From the NCBI RefSeq assembly GCF_006345805.1, contig NC_043001.1, positions 37,324,001 to 37,388,000 on the forward strand: a stretch of 64,000 nucleotides of DNA, in the 5' to 3' direction. Under the pieces are notes generated by a model. That model searched no databases, was not told the DNA's origin, and saw nothing but the letters and a program-made list of their open reading frames with translations. Shown in pieces: positions 53,091 to 64,000 of the stretch; within the stretch, counting starts at the first letter, position 1; every line of letters begins with the position of its first letter. Both the position numbers and the translations under genes were made by a program. The DNA comes from Octopus sinensis (Eukaryota).

Positions 53091-53401
53091 CATCATCATC
53101 ATCATCATCATCATTTAACGTCCGTTCTCCATGCTAGCATGTGTTGGACAGTTCGACCGGGGATCTGGGAAGCCAGAAGGCTGCACCAGGCTCCAGTCTT
53201 ATCTGGCAATGTTTCTACAGCTGGATGCCCTTCCTAACGCCAACCACTCCGTGAGTGTAGTGGGTGCTTTTTACGTGCCACCTGCACAGGTGCCAGGCGA
53301 GGCTGGCAACGGCCACGGTCGGATTGGTGTATTTTATGTGCCACCGACACAGAAGCCAGTCGAGGCGGCGCTGGCATCGGCCACGAGTCGGATAGTGCTC
53401 T
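53091..53401 (-). mobile_element. RTE 3' end, tail-to-tail with the 52761-53053 copy
   Basis: (CAT)n plus the reverse-complement terminal module. Confidence 0.9.
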
Positions 53402-54429
53402 TCAACTAAAACCCTGAGTCACTACGCATGCTAGAACCTACAATCTTTCTGCTGTCAATCTCACATCTTTAATATAGTAAAAATAAACCTTACCCTAAGA
53501 CTAGCTTTTCTCTCAAGTAAAAATACTTAAGCAAAAACCTACATAACTCCTGTGAAATCAACAAAAGCTATTCGCACAGCTCAAACTTTCAACTATTATA
53601 TACAAAAATCCCACAATTGTACCCACAAGAAAGCCATCTGGATAATTAAAGACTTACTTCTCAACACACTTCAATTTCTGTCCAACAGACTATCTTCTTA
53701 TTTTGCCTCTTTTCTACCATTACTACAATATTCTCTATATTGAAGAGATAACTAGTCACATATTTTCTATCCTTAAGCCTGTCCATCATTCTTTCTCTTG
53801 CTATTATTTTTGTCTCTTCTCCCAAAACCCACACTAACTACTTTTCTCAGGCCTTTCTCCTTAGGACATCAAGCTTTTGGAATTCCCGCCTCTCTTTTTC
53901 TTACAGGTACAGCCTGAACATCAAGTCCCAATCTGACTAGTGTGGTAGAGTTTGTAAAGATCATGCATTGTCCCTTCTTCATGACAGAAACCATTAAATA
54001 GAAATGGTACAGTCCATGTATGTTAATGTAATTTGCCCTAAAGTATAACATGCTCTTTCATGCATCTCCTTGTCTTAACATATTGCTGTTAAAATATAGT
54101 TCATTCTTTATAAGCTGGATTTTTGTTTTGGCCATGCTGTATCCCCAAAATAAAAATTAGAATTTATTTTGTTTTCCTTGCAGATGTTCAGGCTGGGTGT
54201 CACCTACATTAATTCTAACTATTGAGGAGTGCACAAATCATGACCACTTCTGCATTCTGGCTAAAAGATATTCCCAACTACATGGCTCCGGGTTCAGTCC
54301 CACTGCACGGCACCATGGGCAAGTGTCTTCTACTATAGCCTGAGGCTGAGCAAAACCTTGTGAGTGGATCTGGTAGGTGGAAACTGAAAGAAGGCTGTCA
54401 TATATATATATATATAAATATATATATAT

Positions 54430-54745
54430 CATCATCGTTTAACGTCCGTTTTCTGTGCTGGCACGGGTTGGATGGTTTGACTGGGGTCTGGGGATCCAGG
54501 AGGCTGCACCAGGCTCCAGTCTGATCTGGCAGTGTTTCTACAGCTGGATGCCCTTCCTAACGCCAACCACTCCATGAGTGTAGTGGGTGCTTTTTACGAG
54601 CCATCAGCACAGGTGCCAGGGGTACGCTGGCAGCGGCCACAGTCAGTTGGTGCTTTTTACGTGCCACCGGCACAGAAGCCAGTCAAGGCGGTGCTGGCAT
54701 CGGCCACGTTTTGATGGTGCTTTTTACGCACCACCGGCACAGGTA
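54430..54745 (-). mobile_element. RTE 3' end inserted at the AT microsatellite of a SINE (SINE halves ~54255-54410 and ~54840-55070)
   Basis: Terminal module on the minus strand, flanked by the 5' and 3' halves of the CORE-type SINE. Confidence 0.82.
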
Positions 54746-55201
54746 TGTATCACAACTACAATTTCCATTTGATTTTTATTTTGATGTTGATGTACTTGAC
54801 TCGATAGGTCTCCTCAAGCACACATATATATACATGCATATATATATATATAGGGGTGTATGTCTTTGTTTGTCCCCTCCCATCACCGTTTGACAACTGG
54901 TGTTGGTGAGTTAACATCCCTATAACTTAGCAGTTCAGCAAAAGAGAAGGATAGATAGAATAAGTACTAGGCTGAAAAATAAGTCCTGCAGTTGATTTAT
55001 TTGACTAAAATCCCTTCAAGGCAGTGCTCTAGCATGGCCACAGTCAAATGACTGAAACAAGTGAAATAAAAAAAAAAACGAATATAACCTCATACAACTA
55101 GACATATACATTAACAGGTAATATCTAATGATAACTGTATTGAGAGGCAGTAATGAAACTGAGATCAAAGACAATGTTAAAAATTATAAATTTAGCTATA
55201 C

Positions 55202-55263
55202 TTGTCATAATGTGGGTCCTTTTTATCAAATGCTGTGTGATCAGGATAACTTTCTTTGACAAC
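55202..55263 (-). CDS. THYN1: THYN1 internal exon: VVKESYPDHTAFDKKDPHYD(K)
   Basis: Acceptor ttttttcag|GTT, donor AA|gtatag (phase 2). Matches human IVKEAYPDHTQFEKNNPHYD. Confidence 0.93.
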
Positions 55264-55689
55264 CTGAAAAAAGAAGGAAATAAACAAGAAATCATAGTTT
55301 CTTTTTGCCTTTATTTCTCTATTCTGTTATACAATAGAAGATTTACTGAAAACAATATTAGTTAAGATTGTAGGGAGTTCATCGTTTTAAAATATTATCA
55401 GTCATAAAAATGTAAAGAATAGTTCACAAGTGAATTAGAGGACATGTACTTTAATATGTATGGATAGTAAAAATATTTTACTGTACAATTAATAGCTATT
55501 TATAATGCAAACTTGAATGTTTAGAAACAGAGTTATGATGGAATTATAAATTGCTTATTTCTGAGGTGGGTTGGGCAGGTTTGTAAATTTAGATATGTAT
55601 TACTTTAATAAAATAGTGCAAAATAAGACAATAGTTACAGAATAGTATTAGATGAAACAGAAATTGAGATTATTATCAATAACACTGAC

Positions 55690-55785
55690 CTCACAGATGC
55701 CAGCAATTCCAGGAATTTTACAGTTACTATGATAAAAAAATACTTTATGCTTAACTTTCATTTGATCTTTCATAAAATTTCTAGC
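55690..55785 (-). CDS. THYN1: THYN1 internal exon (EVE domain): ARNFMKDQMKVKHKVFFYHSNCKIPGIAGICE
   Basis: Acceptor ttttgtag|GCT, donor GAG|gtcagt, 96 bp, phase 0/0. Peptide matches human THYN1 ARNFLRAMKLGEEAFFYHSNCKEPGIAG. Too short for the ORF track; found by reading the minus strand. Confidence 0.93.
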
Positions 55786-55946
55786 CTACAAAAGACAAAA
55801 GGAAAATACGGATAAATCCACTGAATAAAATGTATTCATTATAGGAAACAATGTTGGTGTTTTTTTTTTTTTACTTTATTATTTATTACGGAGATGTACT
55901 TGCATAGCAAGTGACCTGATCTGAGATCGTGTGCTGGAACGAAAAC

Positions 55947-56180
55947 AATTGTAGCGTACGAAGTGTTTATAAGCCATTTAAGAAACACACAAATCCATTA
56001 GATTCACTTCAACATTTAAATTTAATTTGTCAAAATATTTTCGTTGCTTTGAAACCACGATCTGTTCACTGTCTCAAAGCGACGAAAATATTTTGACAAA
56101 TTAAATTTAAATGTTGAAGTGAATCTAACAGATTTTGTCTGTTCCTTAAATGGCTTATAAACACCTTCCACGCTGCAATT
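55947..56180. repeat. Long imperfect inverted repeat (~105-bp arms, ~21-nt loop), Penelope pLTR-like
   Basis: 55947-56052 versus 56074-56180. Confidence 0.9.
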
Positions 56181-56896
56181 ATTTATTTATTATTTTTTAA
56201 TAGTATAATCAGGAATTGTAGTAATGCCATGGAGTAAATGGTTGAAGAAGTAAAATGTGTGACAGCACAGTTAACTGTATAAATGTACATGCCATTTTTT
56301 AAAGCCTGATATAGTTTGTAACAGTTTGTGCTCTGTTTGTGATGTGAACTGTCAATCATGAAGCAACTTATGGAATTTCTATAGTTAGAGCTGCTGACAC
56401 TTTGTTAGTCTGGCCAGGTAGAGGTTTCAGCTTAATAGAGAAATTATTTGCAAATCATGCACTGTCTTTGAAATAATGCTGTATTACTTAATTAAAGACA
56501 TCACTTGCAAAAAGTATGTTGGCATTTAAATTATACCGTGCAAAGTCATTTTCTTCAGATGTCATCTAAAGCTTCCAGGCATTGATCAGTTCACTGGAAT
56601 GTAAAACCAAAAACAAACAAACAAAAAAAATAACAAAAGTATGTTAAACAAAGTTTAATGGATGTAAATGTCCAGAGTAAAGGTGGTGTTTCAGTATAAC
56701 CATGTCCATAAAACATTGTAACAGCTGCAGAAAAGAAGTTGCTGCATTAGGTAAAAATAACATTTATTGCCCTTAACAATAAAGCACAAACAGTAGACCT
56801 TCCAAATAAAAAAAAAATCTCCTCAATTTGTTGTAAAATACAATTTAAATAAAAGCAATTTTCATTAACCAATTTACTGACAATAATTAAAATATC

Positions 56897-57312
56897 AGAT
56901 CTTTTCGGTTTGAAGGGCAGTTTTTTCTAGCGCTGTCATATGAAATTGTCACCCATAATTATGACCCTAGAATCGATCTATTGCATTTCAATCTCTTTTA
57001 GGGTTAGGATTAGTTAGGGTTAGGGTATCTTTTTTTTCTTCACAAATGTAAATAAACCCAATCTGTTTCTTAAATGAAGGACATATTCATATGGCACAGA
57101 ATGCTTTTTAACTCAATAGACATCACTGATTGGTTGAAATTGCAGAAATTGAAGAAAAAAAAACAACAAATATCTTACAAACTATAGAATTTTCTCAATA
57201 AAGCCAAGAGAAAAAGATGTTTTATAAACATATTCTACCAGTATATGAAGTCTAAAATATTTTAGTTACCTAGAAATTATGTTAAAAACCGCCGTTCAAA
57301 CCGAAAAGATCC
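56897..57312. mobile_element. MITE with ~28-bp TIRs and an 8-bp TSD; contains degenerate TTAGGG repeats
   Basis: gatcttttcggtttgaa / ttcaaaccgaaaagatc; TSD aaaatatc on both sides. Confidence 0.85.
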
Positions 57313-57694
57313 AAAATATCTATATAAGAAGCTGTCTATTGTAAAAAACAACAACATAAACGTCAGTTTCTTGAAATATTACTGGAGTATATTGATTATT
57401 AATTATAATAATGGTAAAATCCTCAGGTAACTGATTGCAAGTCCCAACAAAGCGGCTTAGTCTAAATAGTTACTTAGATTCATAATACCAGTGATTTCTG
57501 GACAGTAAAATTTGTGTATCAGTTAGACTGAGGAATATGGTACAGAATATTCTAGATGAAATATGTTTTCATATCTGGTTTTAAGTATAATGTCATTCCA
57601 GTTTTGGAACATAAGCCCAGACAAAACTTGAAAAACCATTTAGAGCTTTTGCTTCATTACAGTACATTTGATAATAACCTGTCAATTGACTTAA

Positions 57695-58165
57695 CCCTTT
57701 CGTTACCAACCCAGCTGAAACTGACTCTGGCTCTGTAGTACAAATGTCTTGTTTTCATAAGTTTTGAATTAAAATCTTCCACCAAACCTTAGTCACAATT
57801 CATGTTCCTAACACTAGCTTAATGACAACTAACTTATTTTACTAAATTCGGTGAGCTGGCAGAAACGTTAGCACGCCGGGCGAAATGCGTAGCCGTATTT
57901 TGTCTGCCGTAGCCGTATTTTGTCTGCCATTACGTTCTGAGTTCAAATTCCGTCGAGGTTGACTTTGCCTTTCATCCTTTCGGGGTCGATAAATTAAGTA
58001 CCAGTTACGCACTGGGGTCGATGTAATCGACTTAATCCGTTTGTCCCCTCTGTGTTTAGCCCCTTGTGGGTAGTAAAAGAAATATATTTTACTAAATTCT
58101 TTGTTATATTTTAAATAACTGAAAGAAACACAGAGCATCTCAAAATAAATACGGTAATGAAAGGG
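57695..58165. mobile_element. piggyBac-type MITE
   Basis: TTAA|CCCTTTCGTTACC ... GGTAATGAAAGGG|TTAA. Confidence 0.88.
57850..58084 (+). mobile_element. tRNA-derived SINE (ggtgagctggcagaa family) with a 15-bp TSD, nested in a piggyBac MITE
   Basis: TSD tattttactaaattc at 57835-57849 and 58085-58099; tail gccccttgtgggtagtaaaagaaata. Confidence 0.92.
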
Positions 58166-59712
58166 TTAAAGAAGTTAAGAACTTCTTTAACCCTTTTTGA
58201 AAAACAAGAAAAGCTAAGAGCTGAGTCCGGAAAGTAAGCAATTTACCAGTGTTTTGCAAAATGAAAATTAGGAGTGTAAAGTATTCTGGAATGCAAAGCA
58301 GTGTATCGGTAATGAAGCAGCACACTTACTCTTATGGGCATCAAGGAGGAGGCACGGAAATGCTAATATAAGAGCTTACAGATTGAAAAGTAGATTTGGT
58401 AGAGAGACGAATGTCAAGTGGACTCATAAGAGAGGTCAGCTGCTGAAACTCACAGGCATATGGTGGAAATAGCCATTGGGGATATAAAGACACCAGAATC
58501 ATACAGTCTGTTTTACACTCAGAGAATACCTATATTACTGGCAGCAGCAATGGCTCAGAGCATTTTCCACCCTGTCCTTGTTGTGACTACTATGCTTCTG
58601 CTAGTAATATATGGATTCTCTCTCTAAATGTATGATGCTGGTGTACAATGAGCAATGATGCACAGGAATGGAATATGAGCATTGAATGTGGAGGCTGTGT
58701 AAAGGATGGAAAGAAATGAGGTGAGCATGCTCCACTGGATGTGCAGTGTTGATGTGCGTAAACAATGCCGCACAAATAAAATGAGAGAAAAAGTGGTTAT
58801 GATAGGAATTGAAGGTTGTGTACAAGAGAGGAAACTGAAATAGTAGGTATCAAATATGTGCAGAGGAAGACAGCTGGGTAAAGATGTGCTGAGTGATCCA
58901 TAGATAGAACTTACAAAAGTTTCATGATAGAAATATTGGACAGTTTAATGATAGAAATATGGGCATAACTATATTTTGTTATTTGATAGTAATACTATCA
59001 TATATTCCTTTCATTTATGTGAAAGTGAGAAATACATACTGATTTTCAATATGTTACACAACTGTATTCACCTTTGCCTCACCTGTTAATGATCTTTCTT
59101 TTTTTTTTTTTATTAGATGCATTGTTATGTAAATGTATTCATTAAACTGTATAAGAGTACATAGCCATTAGTATATTGACTAGTAAAAGAGCTTCGCACT
59201 TTATTTTCTATGAAGAGAAAACACGGACTTCAGAGAAAACACGGACTTCCAAAAATGGCCAGTTAAGTCAAAAATCTCAACCTGCTCTTTTCATATTTTT
59301 AAGCGTTTTGTTTGATCTGTTCCCCTTTCGTTTCTCTATTCTCTAAACATGGCGACTTCATGCATTTTTAAAGTTTATCGTTCTTTCAACGCCATCTTCG
59401 ATGTTTATTCCATTCTCCTCCGAAAATATGCCCCCTCGTATCTTATCGCATTTCTTATTATTTATTTATTTTCATTCTCTCTCTGGCTTTCATTCAGTCA
59501 TTTATCTAATTATTTTTCCCCTCAAATAAAGTATTCAAACTAGTTGCTTCGATTTCGTCGCCCACCCTCCCACCCCCACCCCCAATACCGGAAGTTTCTA
59601 CCCAAATACCGGAAACTACCCCACTCCCCCACTAGCACCTATGTAGGGTTTATCTGATCATATAGCGCAAAAAATTGTGAAAAGTATGCAAGTTGTAGTC
59701 TAGTGTTTCCAT

Positions 59713-62700
59713 ATGAAATCTGCCAGATGCAAGCTTTCTTTTCAGGTACATGACACGGCTGTCCCTCATCCCAGGGTCTCTGATGCCCACACCTCCCACA
59801 CCCTCAGAGTTGGCACGCTCAATGTTGGCACATTGAAAGGTAGGTCTGGAGAGATTGTAGAGCTACTTGAACGGAGACGTGTGGATGTATGCTGTATCCA
59901 GGAAGTAAGGTGGAGAGGAGGTTCCGCTAGGCTCCTCACAAGCAAGGAACACAGGTACAAGATTTTCTGGGCAGGGAACACTGACGGGGTCAGGGGCGTG
60001 GGTATACTTCTTGCGGGGAAATGGGTAGGTAAGGTAATCGAGGTAGTCAGAGTAAGTGACAGAGTAATTAAAATTAGATTAGTCCTTCACCATAGGACAG
60101 CTACCATCATCTCGGCATATGCCCCTCAACCAGGGCTACCGGAAGGACAAAAAGACCAATTCTATGACACCCTATTGCGGACTACCTCATTGACAAATGA
60201 CAATGACCTTCTCTTCGTGGCAGGTGATTTCAATGGACATGTTGGACGACATGTCGGGGGCTTCCATGGCGTCCATGGAGGCTACGGTTTTGGCTCTCGT
60301 AATGAGGAGGGAACCAGGCTGCTGGAGTTCTGCGATGCAAATGACCTTATGGTCTGCAATACCAACTTCAGGAAACCCACCTCTCACCTAGTCACCTACC
60401 GTTCTGGCAGACACACCAGCCAGATTGACTACATCCTTGCCAGAAAAAGGGAAAGAGGGCTGATTATAAAAGCCAAAACCTTTCCAGGCGAAGAATGTAC
60501 TCCCCAACATAGATTAGTGGTTAGCGACTTCAGGATCAGAGCTAAATGGTTGCCCAGAAGAAGACCAGCTTGGAGGAGAAGGGTCTGGAAGCTTAAAGAT
60601 CCTGCAAATGGACAGAGATTTAGAGACATACTACTCGAGGCCTTTGACGAAATAGAAGGGGATATAGCTTCACTTAACGTGGAAGACAACTGGAGATTCC
60701 TACGGGACAATCTGCTGACAGCCACTGACCAGATCTGTGGATGGAGCAAAGTACCATCTCGACCCAGAGTAACATGGTGGTGGAACACTGTGGTTGACAG
60801 GGCTATTAGACAAAAGAGACAGGCTTGGAAGGACTGGAAGAACGGTGGTAGTAGGGAATTGTATCAGACAGCCAGAAGGGAAGCTAGGAGACAGGTCTAT
60901 TTAGCCAGAGGGGAAGCGGATAAGAAAAAATTTGCCAATGTTCTGCGCCATGAGGATGAAAGACTTGAGGTATTTCGTGTTGCAAGACAGTGTGTGAGAG
61001 AGAATCGTGATGTGGTAGGAGAGAAGTGTGTTCGCATGGATGATGGTTCACTTGCGCTAAATGAAGATGCAAAGAGAGAGGTTTGGAGATGCCACTATGA
61101 AAGGTTGCTGAATAAAGAAAATGAATGGGATAAAGAGAGTCTGCCGAATGTTGACCCAACAGAGGGACCAGCTATCCGAGTTGATAGTTCCGTGGTAGCT
61201 AAGGCAATTAGAAGCATGAAGACAGGGAAAGCCCCAGGCCCATCAGGAATTACTGCAGAGATGCTCAAAATATCTGGCAGTGTCAGCTATAACCTAGTCA
61301 CCCGTATAGTCAACCAGGTGATACACGAAGGAGTCATACCCAATGACTGGTGTAGCAGTATACTAGTCAACTGCTACAAAGGTAAAGGTGATGCCCTGGA
61401 TACAAATAATTACAGAGGTATCAAGCTGTTGGATCAGGTAATGAAGGTTACGGAGAGGGTCATAGCCCAACTAATTAGAGAGAGAGTTAGTTTAGATGAG
61501 ATGCAGTTTGGGTTCGTGCCAGGGAAAAGCACCACCGATGCTATATTCCTGGTAAGGCAGCTGCAGGAGAAATACCTAGCCAAAGATAAGCCCCTGTACC
61601 TGGCTTTCGTTGACATGGAGAAAGCCTTTGATAGGGTCCCCCGATCCCTCATATGGTGGTCAATGAGGAAACTAGGGATAGATGAATGGCTGGTGAGGGC
61701 TGTGCAAGCCATGTACAGAGATGCCGTAAGTAAGGTTAGGGTTGGCAACATGTACACAGAAGAATTCAAAGTAGAGGTTGGGGTCCACCAGGGTTCAGTA
61801 CTCAGCCCCCTCCTATTTATCATAGTCCTCCAGGCAATTGTGGAGGAATTCAAGACAGGCTGCCCCTGGGAGCTCCTCTATGCTGACGACCTCGCTCTAA
61901 TTGCTGAGTCACTATCAGAACTGGAGCAGAAGTTCCAGGTGTGGAAGGAGGGTTTAGAATCGAGGGGCCTTAGAGTCAACCTAGCTAAAACCAAAGTACT
62001 AATAAGTAGAAAGGTAGACAATCCACAAATATCCTCAGGAAGATGGCCCTGCTCGATCTGTAGAAAAGGTGTAGGTAGAAACTCTATAAGATGTATCCAG
62101 TGTAAGCTATGGACACATAAGAGGTGCAGCAATGTCAAAGGTAGGCTAACTGAGAAGATAGTTTTTGTATGTGGCAGATGCTCGGGAGCATTGACCTCCG
62201 AAAATCTGCAGAAAACAACTTCCGTCACTTTCCGGGGGGAAAAACTAGAAGTAGTTGATAGCTTCCGCTATCTAGGTGACCAAGTCAGTAGTGGGGGTGG
62301 GTGCGCTGAAAGTGTAACTGCTAGAATAAGAATAGCCTGGGCAAAGTTTAGGGAGCTCTTACCTCTGCTGGTGACTAAAGGCCTCTCGCTCAGAGTAAAA
62401 GGCAGACTGTATGATGCATGTGTACATGGGCCGTGGCTGCTGAGGACATGTGTAAGCTCGTGAGGAATGAAGCCAGTATGCTCCGATGGATGTGTAATGT
62501 CAGTGTACTTACTCGACAGAGCGTTAGTACCTTGAGAGAAATGTTGTACCTAAGAAGCATCAGTTGTAGTGTGCAAGAGAGACGATTGCGCTGGTATGGT
62601 CATGTGGCGAGAATGGATGAAGATAGATGTGTGAGAAAGTGCCAATCCCTAGCAGTTGAGGGAACCCGTGGAAGAGGTAGACCCAGGAAAACCTGGGACG

Positions 62701-62804
62701 AGGTGGTGAAGCACGACCTTCGGACGTTAGGTCTCACCATGGAAATGACTAGAGACCGAGACCTATGGAAGTATGCTGTGCGTGAGAAGACCCGGCAAGA
62801 CTAG
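59713..62804 (+). pseudogene. RTE ORF2: apurinic-like endonuclease, reverse transcriptase and PHD finger; one frameshift near the C-terminus
   Basis: 916-aa ORF with TLNVGTL, QEVRW, SAYAP, GDFNGH, IDYIL (APE) and YADD at 61879-61890. A 28-bp deletion at ~62424 (gaacagccatgctacatggcagtgaaac, present at 1922-1949 of the other copy) shifts the frame into ORF 62418-62804. Confidence 0.92.
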
Positions 62805-63060
62805 TGAAGCCATATCCCGTGGCCCCTACCTGGGACGTAGTCAGTCCACCTGTGCATACCTTCCTTATTGTGACACTTGAGAAGACCTGTTGAGGCAAGT
62901 GAAAATCAAAATCAAATCAAAATAGATGTACATCAATGGAATTTGTATCCTATTTGTATCCTTTATGGTACCAGTGCCGGTGGCACATAAGAAAACTATC
63001 TGAACGTGACCGTAGCCAGTACCGCATCGACTGGCCTCCGTGCTGAGGGCACGTAACAAA

Positions 63061-63311
63061 CACCATCCGAGCGTGGCCGTTCGCCAGCCTCGTCTGGCAC
63101 CTGTGCCGGTGACACATAAGAAAACACCATCCGAGCGTGGCCGTCTGCCAGCCTCGTCTGGCACCTGTGTCGGTGGCACATAAAAAACACCATCTGAGCG
63201 TGGCCGTCTGCCAGCCTCGTCTGGTACCTGTGTCGGTGGCACATAAAAAACACCATCCGAGCGTGGCCGTCTGCCAGCCTCGTCTGGCACCTGTGTCGGT
63301 GGCACATAAAA
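63061..63311 (+). repeat. Four near-identical ~63-bp monomer units in the RTE 3'UTR
   Basis: caccatccgagcgtggccgtctgccagcctcgtctggcacctgtgtcggtggcacataaaaaa repeated four times. Confidence 0.9.
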
Positions 63312-64000
63312 TCACCCACTACACTCTCGGAGTGGTTGGCGTTAGGAAGGGCATCCAGCTGTAGAAACACTGCCAGATCTGACTGGCCTGGTGCAGCCTT
63401 CGGGCTTGCCAGACCCCAGTTGAACCGTCCAACCCATGCTAGCATGGAAAGCGGACGTTAAACGATGATGATGATGATGATGATGATAGAGAAAGAATAA
63501 AATCTTGTATTGATTATACTGGTATTTTAATTAATTTAATTTACCTGCCCCATAAAAGTCAAATCTAATCAGCAAGATCAGCTAAAGTACATAACTATAA
63601 TCCACTGGTACATAAGCACTAACTGACAAAATTTCAAATCTGTATGTAAAAAATTTACAAAGTAACAAGCAAATATTGTGGACACCCCTCTTGAACCTGA
63701 ATAATTCAAAATAACATGAACAAATAAGCATTACATTTGACAGATTAATCTGAACACTAAAGGGTTAATAACAGCAAAGTTATTTTATTAAATTCTTCAT
63801 TGTTTATAAAATAAACTGAAACAAAAGCAGTGTAGTTCAATGGCAATATAGCAACAAAAAGTTTAAGCATAGAAAAAGAAAAGGAGCTGCTTATTATGAC
63901 TATGTACATTAAACAGATTAGGCAAAGTCTAATTTATTGTAATATTCCTGTTGACTAGGGTTTTATGATAAGTTTAACTCTACTATCAGCTTTGAGCTTT

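Larger units (their letters stand above)
59221..63487 (+). mobile_element. Near full-length RTE LINE (5'UTR, APE-RT-PHD ORF, 3'UTR array, (ATG)n tail); probably antisense within a THYN1 intron
   Basis: Single long ORF with EN and RT, 3' terminal module and (GAT)n tail ending ~63487. The 5' boundary is approximate; AGAGAAA at both ends is only a weak TSD candidate. Confidence 0.93.

Noticed and set aside
59230-59640. THYN1 promoter or first exon
   Set aside because: I found no exon encoding the WLMKSEP or WDGVRNYQ motifs between 55786 and 64000, so the upstream exons are probably outside the window. The segment abuts the RTE ORF and is better explained as its 5'UTR.

Overview
AT-rich, repeat-dense eukaryotic genomic DNA, most likely from an octopus or other coleoid cephalopod (inferred from the SINE/RTE repertoire, not proven). 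It is not prokaryotic and has no CRISPR array. Two intron-rich host genes lie on the minus strand. (1) The 5' end of a LIV-1-family ZIP metal transporter (SLC39A14/SLC39A8-like), with coding exons at 19777-20175 and 4231-4390; it continues beyond position 1. (2) The last four coding exons of THYN1 (EVE domain) at 55690-55785, 55202-55263, 44088-44272 and 41712-41755; its 5' exons appear to lie beyond 64000. The rest is mostly transposon-derived: two large RTE LINEs (1-3222 and ~59221-63487) with a PHD finger inside ORF2 and a tandem array of ~61-bp hairpin units in the 3'UTR, a dozen orphan RTE 3' ends, a full-length L1/Tx1-type LINE (23653-28883) inserted into ORF1 of an older relative, Helitron and Penelope remnants, several tRNA-derived SINE families, and MITEs (piggyBac, hAT, Tc1/mariner and an 8-bp-TSD family). 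The most interesting observations are: hammerhead ribozymes (one near-intact, one G3:C8 core variant, several decayed), the hypervariable RTE hairpin array, a SINE family sharing its 3' tail with the Tx1 LINE, and many long inverted repeats inside THYN1 introns that are candidate ADAR substrates.
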